In this document: positions 44,445-56,905 of the stretch, one piece after another
Layout of the letters: each line of letters opens with the position of its first letter
Position numbering within the stretch: the first letter of the stretch is position 1
DNA from: Phyllobates terribilis
Lineage: Eukaryota
Reading direction: 5' to 3'
Assembly (NCBI RefSeq): GCF_046119375.1
Contig: NW_027362764.1
Span: forward strand, 48,174,001-48,238,000
Length of the DNA stretch: 64,000 nt
The notes under the pieces: generated by a model
Databases searched by the model: none
What the model saw: only the letters and a program-made list of their open reading frames with translations
Told to the model about the DNA's origin: nothing
Translations under genes and position numbers: made by a program

Positions 44445-47400
44445 ATAGGAGCAGTATTATAGTAGCTATATTCGTGTACATAGGAGCAGTATTATAGTAG
44501 TTATATTCTTGTACATAGGAGCAGTATTATAGTAGTTATATTCTTGTACATAGGAGCAGTATTGTAGTAATTATATTCTTGTACATAGGGGCAGTATTAT
44601 AGTAGTTATATTCTTATACATAGGAGCAGTATTATAGTAGTTATATTCTTGTACATAGGAGCAGTATTATAGTGGTTATATTCTTGTACATAGGAGCAGT
44701 ATTATAGTAGTTATATTCTTATACATAGGAGCAGTATTATAGTAGTTATATTCCTGTACATAGGGGGCAGTATTATAGTAGTTATATTCTTGTACATAGG
44801 GGCAGTATTATAGTAGTTATATTCTTGTACATAGGAGCAGTATTATACTGTAGTAGTTATATTCTTGTACATAGGAGCAGTATTATAGTAGTTATATTCT
44901 TGTACATAGGGGCAGTGTTATAGTAGTTATATTCTTGTACATAGGGGCAGTGTTATAGTAGTTATATTCTTGTACATAGGAGTAGTATTATAGTAGTTAT
45001 ATTCTTATACATAGGGGGCAGTATTATAGTAGTTACATTCTTGTACATAGCAGTATTATAGTAGTTATATTCTTGTACATAGGAGCAGTATTATAGTAGT
45101 TATATTCTTGTACATAGGGGGCAGTATTATAGTAGTTATATTCTTGTACATAGGAGCAGTATTATAGTAGTTATATTCTTGTACATAGGGGCAGTGTTAT
45201 AGTAGTTATATTCTTGTACATAGGGGGCAGTATTATAGTAGTTATATTCTTGTACATAGGGGCAGTATTATAGTAGTTATATTCTTGTACATAGGGGGCA
45301 GTATTATAGAAGTTATATTCCTGTACATATGGGGCAGTATTATAGTAGTTATATTCTTGTACGTAGGAGCAGTATTATAGTAGTTATATTCTTGTACATA
45401 GGGGCAGTATTATAGTAGTTATATTCTTGTACAAAGGGGGCAGTATTATAGTAGTTATATTCTTGTACGTAGGGGCAGTATTATAGTAGTTATGTTCTTG
45501 TACGTAGGGGACAGTACTATAGTAGTTATATTCTTGTATATAGGAGCAGTATTATAGTAGTTATATTCTTGTACATAGGAGCAGTATTATAGTAGTTATA
45601 TTCTTGTACATAGGGGCAGTGTTATAGTAGTTATATTCTTGTACATAGGGGCAGTATTATAGTAGTTATACTCTTGTACATAGGGGGCAGTATTATATTA
45701 GTTATATTCTTGTACATAGGGGCAGTATTATAGTAGTTATATTCTTGTACATAGGAGCAGTACTATAATAGTTATATTCTTGTACATAGGAGCAGTACTA
45801 TAATAGTTATATTCTTGTACATACGGGGCAGTATTACAGTAGGTATATTCTTGTACATAGGAGCAGTATTATAGTAGTTATACTCTTGTACATAGGAGCA
45901 GTATTATAGTAGTTCTATTTGTGTACATAAGGGCAATATTATAGTAGTTATATTCTTGTACGTAGGAGCAGTATTATAGTAGTTATATTCTTGTACATAG
46001 GAGCAGTATTATAATAGTTATATTCTTGTATATAGGAGCAGTATTATAGTAGTTATATTCTTGTACATAGGGGCAGTATTATAGTAGTTATATTCTTGTA
46101 CATAGGGGGCAGTATTATAGTAGTTATATTCTTGTACATAGGGGGCAGTATTATAGTAGTTATATTCTTGTACATAGGGTGCAGTATTATAGTAGTTATA
46201 TTCTTGTACATAGGGGGCAGTATTATAATAGTTATATTCTTGTACATAGGAGCAGTATTATAGTAGTTATATTCTTGTACATAGGAGCAGTATTATAGTA
46301 GTTATATTCTTGTACATAGGGGCAGTGTTATAGTAGTTATATTCTTGTACTTAGGAGCAGTATTATAGTAGTTATATTCTTGTACATAGGGGCAGTGTTA
46401 TAGTAGTTATATTCTTATACATAGGGGGCAGTATTATAGTAGTTATATTCTTGTACATAGGAGCAGTATTATAGTAGCTATATTCATGTACATAGGAGCA
46501 GTATTATAGTAGTTATATTCTTGTACATAGGAGCAGTATTATAGTAGTTATATTCTTGTACATAGGAGCAGTATTATAGTAGTTATATTCTTGTACATAG
46601 GAGCAGTATTATAGTAGTTATATTCCTGTACATAGGGGGCAGTATTATAGTAGTTATATTCTTGTACATAGGGGCAGTATTATAGTAGTTATATTCTTGT
46701 ACATAGGAGCAGTATTATACTGTAGTAGTTATATTCTTGTACATAGGAGCAGTATTATAGTAGTTATATTCTTGTACATAGGGGCAGTGTTATAGTAGTT
46801 ATATTCTTGTACATAGGGGCAGTGTTATAGTAGTTATATTCTTGTACATAGGAGTAGTATTATAGTAGTTATATTCTTATACATAGGGGGCAGTATTATA
46901 GTAGTTACATTCTTGTACATAGCAGTGTTATAGTAGTTATATTCTTGTACATAGGAGCAGTATTATAGTAGTTATATTCTTGTACATAGGGGCAGTGTTA
47001 TAGTAGTTCTATTCTTGTACATAGGGGGCAGTATTATAGTAGTTATATTCTTGTACATAGGAGCAGTATTGTAGTAGTTATATTCTTGTACATAGGGGCA
47101 GTGTTATAGTAGTTATATTCTTGTACATAGGGGCAGTATTATAGCAGTTATATTCTTGTACATAGGGGCAGTATTATAGTAGTTATATTCTTGTACATAG
47201 GGGCAGTGTTATAGTAGTTATATTCTTGTACATCGGAGCAGTATTATAGTAGTTATATTCTTATACATAGGGGCAGTATTATAGTAGTTATATTCTTGTA
47301 AATAGGAGCAGTATTATAGTAGTTATATTCTTGTACTTAGAAGCAGTATTATAGTAGTTATATTCTTATACATAGGGGGCAGTATTATAGTAGTTATATT

Positions 47401-48588
47401 CTTGTACATGGCAGTATTTTAGTAGTTATATTCTTGTACATAGGAGCAGTATTATAGTAGTTATATTCTTGTACATAGGAGCAGTATTATACTAGTTATA
47501 TTCTTGTACATAGGGGCAGTATTATAGTAGTTATATTCTTGTACATAGGAGTAGTATTATAGTAGTTATATTCTTGTACATAGGGGCAGTGTTATAGTAG
47601 TTATATTCTTGTACATAGGGGCAGTGTTATAGTGGTTATATTCTTGTACATAGGGGGCAGTATTATAGTAGTTATATTCTTGTTCATAGGGGGCAGTATT
47701 ATAATAGTTATATTCTTGTACATAGGGGCAGAGTGATGGTAGTTATTTTCTTGTACATAGGGGGCAGTATTATAGTAGCTATATTCTTGTACATAGGGGA
47801 CGGTATTATAGTAGTTATATTCTTGTACATAGGAGCAGTATTATAGTAGTTATATTCGTGTACATAGGGGCAGTGTTATAGTAGTTATATTCTTGTACAT
47901 AGTGGCAGTGTTATAGTAGTTATATTCTTGTACATAGGGGCAGTATTATAGTAGTTATATTCTTGTACATAGGGGTCATTGTTATAGTAGTTATATTCTT
48001 GTACATAGGGGCAGTGTTATAGTAGTTATATTCTTGTACATAGGGGGCAGTATTATAGTAGTTATATTCTTGTACATAGGGGGCAGTATTATAGTAGTTA
48101 TATTCTTGTACATAGGGGCAGTGTTATAGTAGTTATATTCTTGAACATAGGGGGCAGTATTATAGTAGTTATATTCTTGTACATAGGGGGCAGTAGTATA
48201 GTAGTTATATTCTTGTATATAGGGGCAGTGTTATAGTAGTTATATTCTTGTACATCGGAGCAGTATTATAGTAGTTATATTCTTATACATAGGGGGCAGT
48301 ATTATAGTAGTTATATTCTTGTACATAGGAGCAGTATTATAGTAGTTATATTCTTGTACATAGGAGCAGTATTATAGTAGTTATATTCTTGTACATAGGG
48401 GCAGTATTATAGTAGTTATATTCTTGTACATAGGGGCACTATTGTAGTAGTTATATTCTTGTACATAGGGGCAGTGTTATATTAGTTATATTCTTGTACA
48501 TAGGGGCAGTATTATAGTAGTTATATTCTTGTACATAGGGGGCAGTATTATAGTAGTTATATTCTTGTATATAGGAGCAGTATTATAG

Positions 48589-50517
48589 TAGAATCATAGA
48601 ATCATAGAATGGTTGAGTTGGAAGGGACCTCCTGGGTCATCTGGTCCAACTCCCTGCTCAAAGCAGGATTCACTAGATCATCTCAGACAGATGTCTGTCC
48701 AGCCTCTGTTTGAAGACGTCCATTGAAGGGGAACTCACCACCTCTCGTGGCAGCCTGTTCCACTCATTAATCACCCTAACTGTCAAAAAGTTTTTTCTAA
48801 TATCTAATCTGTGTCTCCTCCCATTTAGTTTCATCCCATTGCTTCTAGTCTTTCCTTGTGCAAATGAGAATAAAGATGATCCTTCTACAATGTGACAGCC
48901 CTTGACATATTTGTAGACAGCTATTAAGTCTCCTCTCAGTCTTTTTTTTTGCAAGCTAAACATTCCCAAATCCTGCAACCGTTCCTCATAGGACATGGTT
49001 TGCAGACCAGTCACCATTCTGGTCGCTCTTCTCTGAACTTGCTCCAGTTTGTCTATGTCTTTTTTAAAATGTGGTGCCCAAAACTGTACACAGTATTCCA
49101 GATGAGGTCTGACCAAAAAGGAGTAAAGACCGATAATGACTTCACGTGAACTAGACTGTATGCTTCTGTTAATACATCCCAGAATTGTATTTGCCTTTTT
49201 TGCTGCTGCATCACACTGTTGACTCATGTTCAGTCTATGATCTATTAGTATACCTAAGTCTTTTTCAAATGTGCTGTTGCTTAGCTCTATTCCTCCCATT
49301 CTGTATATGCTTTTTTCATTTTTATTGCCCAGATGTAGTACTTTGCATTTTTCCCTGTTAAAAACCATTCTGTTGGTTGCTGCCCACTGCTTCAGTTTAT
49401 TTAGGTCTTTTTGAATCCTCTCTCTCTCTTCTCTAGTATTAGCTATCCCTCCTAGCTTTGTGTCATCAGCAAATTTAATCAGTTTACCCTCAATTCCTTC
49501 ATCTAAATCATTGATAAAGATGTTGAACAATACAGGTCCCAGGACGGAGCCCTGTGGTACCCCACTTGAGACATTCATCCAGCTGGATGTGAAGCCATTT
49601 ACAACCACCCTTTGAGTCCGATCACTAAGCCAGTTATGAATCCACCTAACAGTTGCCTGGTCCATTGCATACTTGGTCATTTTTTCAATAAGGATGGTGT
49701 GAGATACTTTGTCAAATGCTTTGCTGAAGTCAAGATATACTATATCTACAGCATTTCCCTGATCCACCCAGTCAGTGATTCTGTCATAGAAGGAAATTAA
49801 GTTAGTCTGACATGACTTGTTAGTTACAAACCCATGCTGACTCTGGTTAATCACTTCATTCTTATCCATGTACTTACATACATGTTGTTTAATAATTTGT
49901 TCAAAGATCTTTCCTGGTATAGAAGTCAGACTCACCGGCCTATAGTTCCCTGGGTCCATCTTCTTCCCCTTTTTGAAGATAGGAACAACATTTGCTCTTC
50001 TCCAGTCTTCTGGGACTTCTCCTGTTCTCCAAGAATTTTCAAAGATTATGGAGAGTGGTTCTAAAATTTCTTCTACGATCTCCTTCAGTACTCTGGGGTG
50101 TAATTCATCTGGACCTGGAGACTTGAACTCATTTATGTTAGCTAAATATTCCCTCACAATCTTTCTGTTTACAGATAACTTTGATTCCTCTATTCCTTTA
50201 AAAGGACAGTGAAGATCAGTTGATGTTACATTTTCTTTCTGAGAGAAAACAGATGCAAAATAGGAATTAAAAAGTTCGGCCTTCTCAACATCCTCTCTTA
50301 CCATTTCTCCATTTTCATCCTGTAAAAATCCTATAGCATCTTTGACTTTTCTTTTACTTTTGACATACCCCCAAAATCCTTTTTTATTGCTTTTGACATC
50401 TCTTGCAAGCCTTAATTCATTGTCAGCTTTAGCTAACCTGATACGTGCCCTGCAGGATCTGCAGACTGCATTATAATCTTCTTTAGATATGCCTCCCTCT
50501 TTCCATTTAATAAACAT
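48589..50517 (-). mobile_element. CR1-2: 5'-truncated CR1 LINE with an intact 3' end
   Basis: 3' UTR ...GGTCCCTTCCAACTCAACC followed by an (ATTCTATG)n tail; inserted at TAGTAG of a satellite unit. Confidence 0.96.
48673..50517 (-). CDS. CR1-2 ORF2, RT and C-terminal part (614 aa, no endonuclease)
   Basis: Uninterrupted frame with YRPVSLT, QHGF, PQGSVLGP, FADD and RPHLEY. Confidence 0.93.
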   Translation of the reverse strand: MFIKWKEGGISKEDYNAVCRSCRARIRLAKADNELRLARDVKSNKKGFWGYVKSKRKVKDAIGFLQDENGEMVREDVEKAELFNSYFASVFSQKENVTSTDLHCPFKGIEESKLSVNRKIVREYLANINEFKSPGPDELHPRVLKEIVEEILEPLSIIFENSWRTGEVPEDWRRANVVPIFKKGKKMDPGNYRPVSLTSIPGKIFEQIIKQHVCKYMDKNEVINQSQHGFVTNKSCQTNLISFYDRITDWVDQGNAVDIVYLDFSKAFDKVSHTILIEKMTKYAMDQATVRWIHNWLSDRTQRVVVNGFTSSWMNVSSGVPQGSVLGPVLFNIFINDLDEGIEGKLIKFADDTKLGGIANTREERERIQKDLNKLKQWAATNRMVFNREKCKVLHLGNKNEKSIYRMGGIELSNSTFEKDLGILIDHRLNMSQQCDAAAKKANTILGCINRSIQSSSREVIIGLYSFLVRPHLEYCVQFWAPHFKKDIDKLEQVQRRATRMVTGLQTMSYEERLQDLGMFSLQKKRLRGDLIAVYKYVKGCHIVEGSSLFSFAQGKTRSNGMKLNGRRHRLDIRKNFLTVRVINEWNRLPREVVSSPSMDVFKQRLDRHLSEMI

Positions 50518-52193
50518 TAGTAGTTATTAGTAGTTATATTCTTGTACATAGGGGGCAATATTATAGTAGTTATATTCTTGTACATAGGGGCAGTATTATA
50601 GTAGTTATATTCTTGTACATAGGGGGCAGTATTATAGTAGTTATATTCTTGTACATACGGGGCAGTGTTATAGTAGTTATATTCTTGTACATAGGGAGCA
50701 GTATTATAGTAGTTATATTCTTGTATATAGGGGGCAGTATTATAGTAGTTATATTCTTGTACATAGGGGGCAGTATTATAGTAGTTATATTCTTGTACAT
50801 AGGGGGCAGTATTATAGTAGTTATATTCTTGTACATAGGGGCAGTGTTATAGTAGTTATATTCTTGTGCATAGGGGCAGTGTTATAGTAGATATATTCTT
50901 GTACATAGGGGCAGTATTATAGTAGTTATATTCTTGTACATAGGAGCAGTATTATAGTAGTTATATTCTTGTACATAGGGGGCAGTATTATAGTAGTTAT
51001 ACTCTTGTACATAGGAGCAGTATTATAGTAGTTATATTCTTGTACATAGGGGCAGTATTATAGTAGTTATATTCTTGTACATAGGAGCAGTATTATAGTA
51101 GTTATATTCTTGTACATAGGGGCAGTATTATAGTAGTTATATTCTTGTATATAGGAGCAGTATTATAGTAGTTATATTCTTGTACATAGGAGCAGTATTA
51201 TAGTAGTTATATTCTTGTACATAGGGGGCAGTATTATAGTAGTTATATTCTTGTACATAGGAGCAGTATTATAGCAGTTATATTCTTGTATATAGGAGCA
51301 GTATTATAGTAGTTATATTCTGGTACATAGGGAGCAGTATTATAGTAGTTATATTCTTGTACATACGAGCAGTATTATAGTAGTTATATTCTTGTACATA
51401 GGAGCAGTATTATAGTAGTTATATTCTTGTACATAGGGGGCAGTATTATAGTAGTTATATTCTTGTACAAAGGAGCAGTATTATAGTAGTTATATTCTTG
51501 TACGTAGGAGCAGTATTATATTAGTTATATTCTTGTACATAGGAGCAGTATTATAGTAGTTATATTCTTGTACATAGGAGCAGTATTATAGTAGTTATAT
51601 TCTTGTACATAGGGGCAGTATTATAGTAGTTATATTCTTGTACATAGGGGCAGTATTATAGTAGTTATATTCTTGTACATAGGAGCAGTATTATAGTAGT
51701 TATATTCTTGTACATAGGAGCAGTATTATAGTAGTTATATTCTTGTACATAGGGGCAGTATTATAGTAGTTATATTCTTGTACATAGGGGGCAGTATTAT
51801 AGTAGTTATATTCTTGTACATAGGAGCAGTATTATAGTAGTTATATTCTTGTACATAGGAGCAGTATTATAGTATTTATATTCTTGTACATAGGGGCAGT
51901 GTTATAGTAGTTATATTCCTGTACATAGGGGGCTGTCAGATGGTCAGAGGTCACCATTCTGTGAACAACTGCATTTAAAATTGTGGAACAATTTCAGAAA
52001 AATGTTCCTCGACATAAAACTGCAAAGTTAAGAAGAGGGGATGCGACACAGTGATGGACACGGACCAAGCACGACTAGTTTGTGAAGTCTCGCTGCCATT
52101 AATTTCTAAATTAGTTTTTTTTGCTATAGGAAATAGAATAATGTCTGACATTCGCGTTCTGATCTGTGTTCTATGCTCTGTGGGAATAATATA

Positions 52194-53823
52194 CAGTACA
52201 GACCAAAAGTTTGGACACACCTTCTCATTTAAAGATTTTTCTGTATTTTCATGACTATGAAAATTGTACATTCACACTGAGGGCATCAAAACTAGGAATT
52301 AACACATGTGGAATTATATACTTAACAAAAAAGTGTGAAACAACTGAAAATATGTCTTATATTCTAGGTTCTTCAAAGTAGCCACCTTTTGCTTTGATAA
52401 CTGCTTTGCACACTCTTGGCATTCTCTTGATGAGCTTCAAGAGGTAGTCACCAGAAATGGTCTTCCAACAATCTTGAAGGAGTTCCCAGAGATGCTTAGC
52501 ACTTGTTGGCCCTTTTGCCTTCACTCTGCGGTCCAGCTCACCCCAAACCATCTCGATTGGGTTCAGGTCTGGTGACTGTGGAGGCCAGGTCATCTGGCGT
52601 AGCACCCCATCACTCTCCTTCTTGGTCAAATAGCCCTTACACAGCCTGGAGGTGTGTTTGGGGTCATTGTCCTGTTGAAAAATAAATGATGGTCCAACTA
52701 AACACAAACCGGATGGAATAGCATGCCGCTGCAAGATGCTGTGGTAGTCATGCTGGTTCAGTATGCCTTCAATTTTGAATAAATCCCCAACAGTGTCACC
52801 AGCAAAGCACCCCCACACCATCACACCTCCTCCTCCATGCTTCACGGTGGGAACCAGGCATGTAGAGTCCATCCGTTCACCTTTTCTGCGTCGCACAAAG
52901 ACACGGTGGTTGGAACCAAAGATCTCAAATTTGAACTCATCAGAGCAAAGCACAGATTTCCACTGGTCTAATGTCCAATCCTTGTGTTCTTTAGCCCAAA
53001 CAAGTCTCTTCTGCTTGTTGCCTGTCCTTAGCAGTGGTTTCCTAGCAGCAATTTTACCATGAAGGCCTGCTGCACAAAGTCTCTGCTTAACAGTTGTTGA
53101 AGAGATGTGTCTGCTGCTAGAACTCTGTGTGGCATTGACCTGGTCTCTAATCTGAGCTGCTGTTAACCTGCGATTTCTGAGGCTGGTGACTCCGATAAAC
53201 TTATCCTCAGAAGCAGAGGTGACTCTTGGTCTTCCTTTCCTGGGGCGGTCCTCATGTGAGCCAGTTTCTTTGTCGCGCTTGATGGTTTTTGCAACTGCAC
53301 TTGGGGACACTTTCAAAGTTTGCCCAATTTTTTGCACTGACTGAACTTTATTTCTTAAAGTAATGATGGCCACTTGTTTTTCTTTACTTAGCTGCTTTTT
53401 TCTTGCCATAATACAAATTCTAACAGTCTATTCAGTAGGACTATCAGCTGTGTATCCACTTGACTTCTGCACAACACAACTGATGGTCCCAACCCCATTT
53501 ATAAGGCAAGAAATCCCACTTATTAAACCTGACAGGGCACACCTGTGAAGTGAAAACCATTTCCGGTGACTACCTCTTGAAGCTCATCAAGAGAATGCCA
53601 AGAGTGTGCAAAGCAGTCATCAAAGCAAAAGGTGGCTACTTTGAAGAACCTAGAATATAAGACATATTTTCAGTTGTTTCCCACTTTTTTGTTAAGTATA
53701 TAATTCCACATGTGTTAATTCATAGTTTTGATGCCTTCAGTGTGAATGTACAATTTTCATAGTCATGAAAATACAGAAAAATCTTTAAATGAGAAGGTGT
53801 GTCCAAACTATTGGTCTGTACTA
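52194..53823 (-). mobile_element. DD38E Tc1 copy 5, full length (1630 bp)
   Basis: TA-flanked 272-bp TIRs; the terminal base at 53823 is A instead of G. Confidence 0.95.
52357..53409 (-). CDS. DD38E transposase, uninterrupted 350 aa
   Basis: GRPR, D in CSDE, D in QQDN and E in NPIE; 38 residues lie between the second D and the E. Confidence 0.93.
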   Translation of the reverse strand: MARKKQLSKEKQVAIITLRNKVQSVQKIGQTLKVSPSAVAKTIKRDKETGSHEDRPRKGRPRVTSASEDKFIGVTSLRNRRLTAAQIRDQVNATQSSSSRHISSTTVKQRLCAAGLHGKIAARKPLLRTGNKQKRLVWAKEHKDWTLDQWKSVLCSDEFKFEIFGSNHRVFVRRRKGERMDSTCLVPTVKHGGGGVMVWGCFAGDTVGDLFKIEGILNQHDYHSILQRHAIPSGLCLVGPSFIFQQDNDPKHTSRLCKGYLTKKESDGVLRQMTWPPQSPDLNPIEMVWGELDRRVKAKGPTSAKHLWELLQDCWKTISGDYLLKLIKRMPRVCKAVIKAKGGYFEEPRI

Positions 53824-55539
53824 TATATGGCAGTAAGAGGTTTCCAGGTCATCACATTTTTGTTTTCTTTACATTAAATTCAAAGTCGCGACTTTTTTGG
53901 AATAGGGATCGTACATATCAAGGAGAGGGGAGTAACGCACTTGTTATAACCTTACGGTTCAGAATTTTGGATCAGAAGGATAACAGAATAAATAAATTGC
54001 AACGTACACATCATATTTCTTTTTAAGTTCCTTTCGGCTCTCTAAATTGTATTGGAATCTATTATTATTGCATTTTTGGTCCCTAATTATGCCTTAACAA
54101 TGAGAAACCTGTGCACCTCATAAAGAAGAGGTCCTGAGCTTACAGCCTCCACTATTCTGTGATTTTTTTTTTTTTTTTTTTACAATCTGCACATATTTTT
54201 TGCTTTTGGAATTCTCAGCCCGGCCGAATCCTGCGCAGCATATTACTGGAGACCGCATCAGATGTTTTCAATTTATTTTACAGAAAATCCATTTCATATA
54301 GTAGAAAAATTACAGACATATGGTTTTCTCTATGGAAATCAGTAGGATTTCATCACTCAGCAGCGGGACTTGTAATTTATGTTGATAACTTTGGTTGAAC
54401 TTATTTGGAGAGAGGTTGGCTGCACACCCCTAGTAGGTACAGTATATGTTAATAGGGCCCTGGCCTATTATATAATAGAGTTCACCATCATTATTTGTGT
54501 GCTCGTTAATATAAGGTTTCTTAAATCACAATCAACTGACCCAATCACGTGATCGCCTGGTCCAACGGTGGCGGCAGCATTGCTATGTAAGCTGGAGAAA
54601 GAGAAGACAGCAGCGGTTATAAACTGCTCTTGTCTTCTTCTTACGGTCTCAAATGTCTTTCTAGAAGTCAGACTTGATTTTTATGGTACAAAGCTCTACA
54701 TTTCTTGCAAAGGCATACTGTACAGGGGTTGTCTTGGGGTACAAGTCTGCAGTTACTTTATGGGACTGCGTATTTGCGAACCCTTACTGTGCGCATGCTG
54801 TGAGGATTCTCCAGTTCTGGCGCTGGGAGCGGGCGGTCTTGTGACCACAAGTATGCAGTTGCGGACACATTCCGACTAGTCGTGTCTAGCCTCACTCAGT
54901 TCAATTGTATTGAGCAAGGCCACACACGTCTAGTTGGCATGTATGCATGTGCTCGCCACTCCCAACTTCGGTACCGAGGAAATCCCGTCATGATGCACAG
55001 TGCGCACTGTGAGAAATTCTCAAGTTTGCAGTCACTTAGAGTGTCTGCAGACTTGTACCCTAAGGCCGGGCAACCCCTTTAGATGTTAAATTTCTAGTTG
55101 CCTGCAGTCACCACTAGAGGGAGCTCAGAAACGTACTGTATCCTGATTGTACATTGAACACAATAATAAATCTGTATACAGTACGCTTCCTCTGCAGACA
55201 ATAGGATTTACGGTAATCAAAATATTGCATGTCTGCTTGCAGACTGATGTAAAATTGCCACATAGGGTTCATGTTAAATGTCCAGCACCTTGACCCCAAC
55301 ACTTGCATTTCTATGGTTCCCCCCGTGGTGATCTAAGTTTGGATCAGTTGATCCACAGGAGGTCCATTTGTTCCGGTCATTACGTACAATGTTGCACAGT
55401 ATAGGTGCAATGACCCCATCTGTAGTACTAATGTAAAGCCTGGAGCAATGAAGATTTTAGATGCAATTTTTGCTACTAACGCCAAATCTCCTGCAGAAAC
55501 ATTGAAAATTTCCATCATTAACTTTAAGAGGGGATATTT

Positions 55540-56905
55540 TGTTTTTTTTTGTTTTGATTTTAGCTTTATTATGTTGTATTTTTGTTGAATTTTATATATT
55601 TTTTAAAGTATTTTTGATGAAGATTTTTTTGTTGTATTTTATACAATTATTTTATGAAGATTATGTTATTATATTATTAAATTGTATTAATAATAATAAT
55701 AATAATAATAATTAACCAAAAACTTGCTCATCTTAATTATTTTTCGCTATGCAGTTTTATTTTTTTTTTGTCTTTGTTGCCTTGTCGTTTTGTTGTATTT
55801 TAGAATTTTTTCTATGATTTTCTATTTCCAAGCAGCAAAAAGTTTTTTTCTTTACACTTTATTTTTTGCCTTTATTATGTTGTATTTTGTACAGATTTTT
55901 TTTTCCATTTCCAAAAGGAGCATATTTTTGATTGTTTCCTTTACACATGGCATGTCAGCTTGTGTTTTTTTCTTTAACTTTATTACCTCGTATTTCTGTT
56001 GTATTTTATTATTTTTTTTTTTAGGATTTTCAATTTCCAAGCAGTGGCAAGTTTGTCATTTTTTTTTCTTGACACTTTATTTATATTTTGCCTTTTATTA
56101 TGTTGTATTGTTATATTTTATACAGATTTTTTTTTCCATTTCCATCAGGAGCAGGTGTGTGATTGTTTTCTTTACACATGGCACAAGTCAGCTTGTGTTT
56201 CTTTTCTTTGACTTTACTACCTTCTATTTTTGCTGTATTTTAGACAGATTGTTTTTTCAGAATTTTTCTTCTCCGAGAGTTGGTTTCTGATTTTTTTTCT
56301 CTACACTTGATACAAGTCATTGTATTGTTTTTTGCCTTTAATTTGTTATACCTTTTGTTGTCTTTGACATAGATTTTTTTTTTCCACTATCATCAATTCC
56401 AGTTTTTTTTTCTTTTACACATGACACACGTCAGTTTATTTTTTGCTTGTTTGGCTTTATTATATTGTATTCTTGCTATATTTACATAGATTTTTTTATT
56501 CCATTTACATTTGTAGTAGATTTTTTTTGTCTGGTCCCTTTGGTTTTACTACCTTGTATTTTTTGTAGTATTTTATATATTTTTGTACAATTTTCTATAT
56601 CTATTAGAAGCAGGTTTGTGATTTTTATTTCTACACTTGACAAAAGTCAATTTATTTTATTATTATTTTGCCTTTATTTATTAGTCGGGGTGGGGGGGTT
56701 GCATTGATTTATTATTTTTTGTATTTTATACAGATTTTTATTTTTATTTATTTACCCTTAGTTATTATTTTTTACATTAGTTTTTGTTGTTTTCTCTACA
56801 AATTTTTTTTTGCACAATTTTCCATTTCCATCAGTAGCAGGTTTGTGATTTTTATCTTTACACTTGACACAAGTCAGTTTATTTTATTATTATTATTTTG
56901 CCTTA
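55540..56905. repeat. T-rich degenerate tandem repeat
   Basis: Recurring TTGCCTTTATTATGTTGTATT, CAGATTTTTTTTCCATTTCC and TTTACAC blocks (one pair 232 bp apart); includes (AAT)n at ~55688-55712. Confidence 0.7.

Larger units (their letters stand above)
40976..51933. repeat. ~11-kb 35/36-bp minisatellite (GCAGTATTATAGTAGTTATATTCTTGTACATAGG[A/G/GG]) with two insertions
   Basis: Hundreds of head-to-tail units, interrupted at 43580-44444 and 48589-50517. Confidence 0.98.

Noticed and set aside
40976-51933. CRISPR-like array, or proteins MYKNITTIILPP... / MYIGGSIIVVIF...
   Set aside because: Units are head-to-tail with no unique spacers, no cas genes are present and the context is eukaryotic. The ORFs arise only where 36-bp (3n) units run consecutively.
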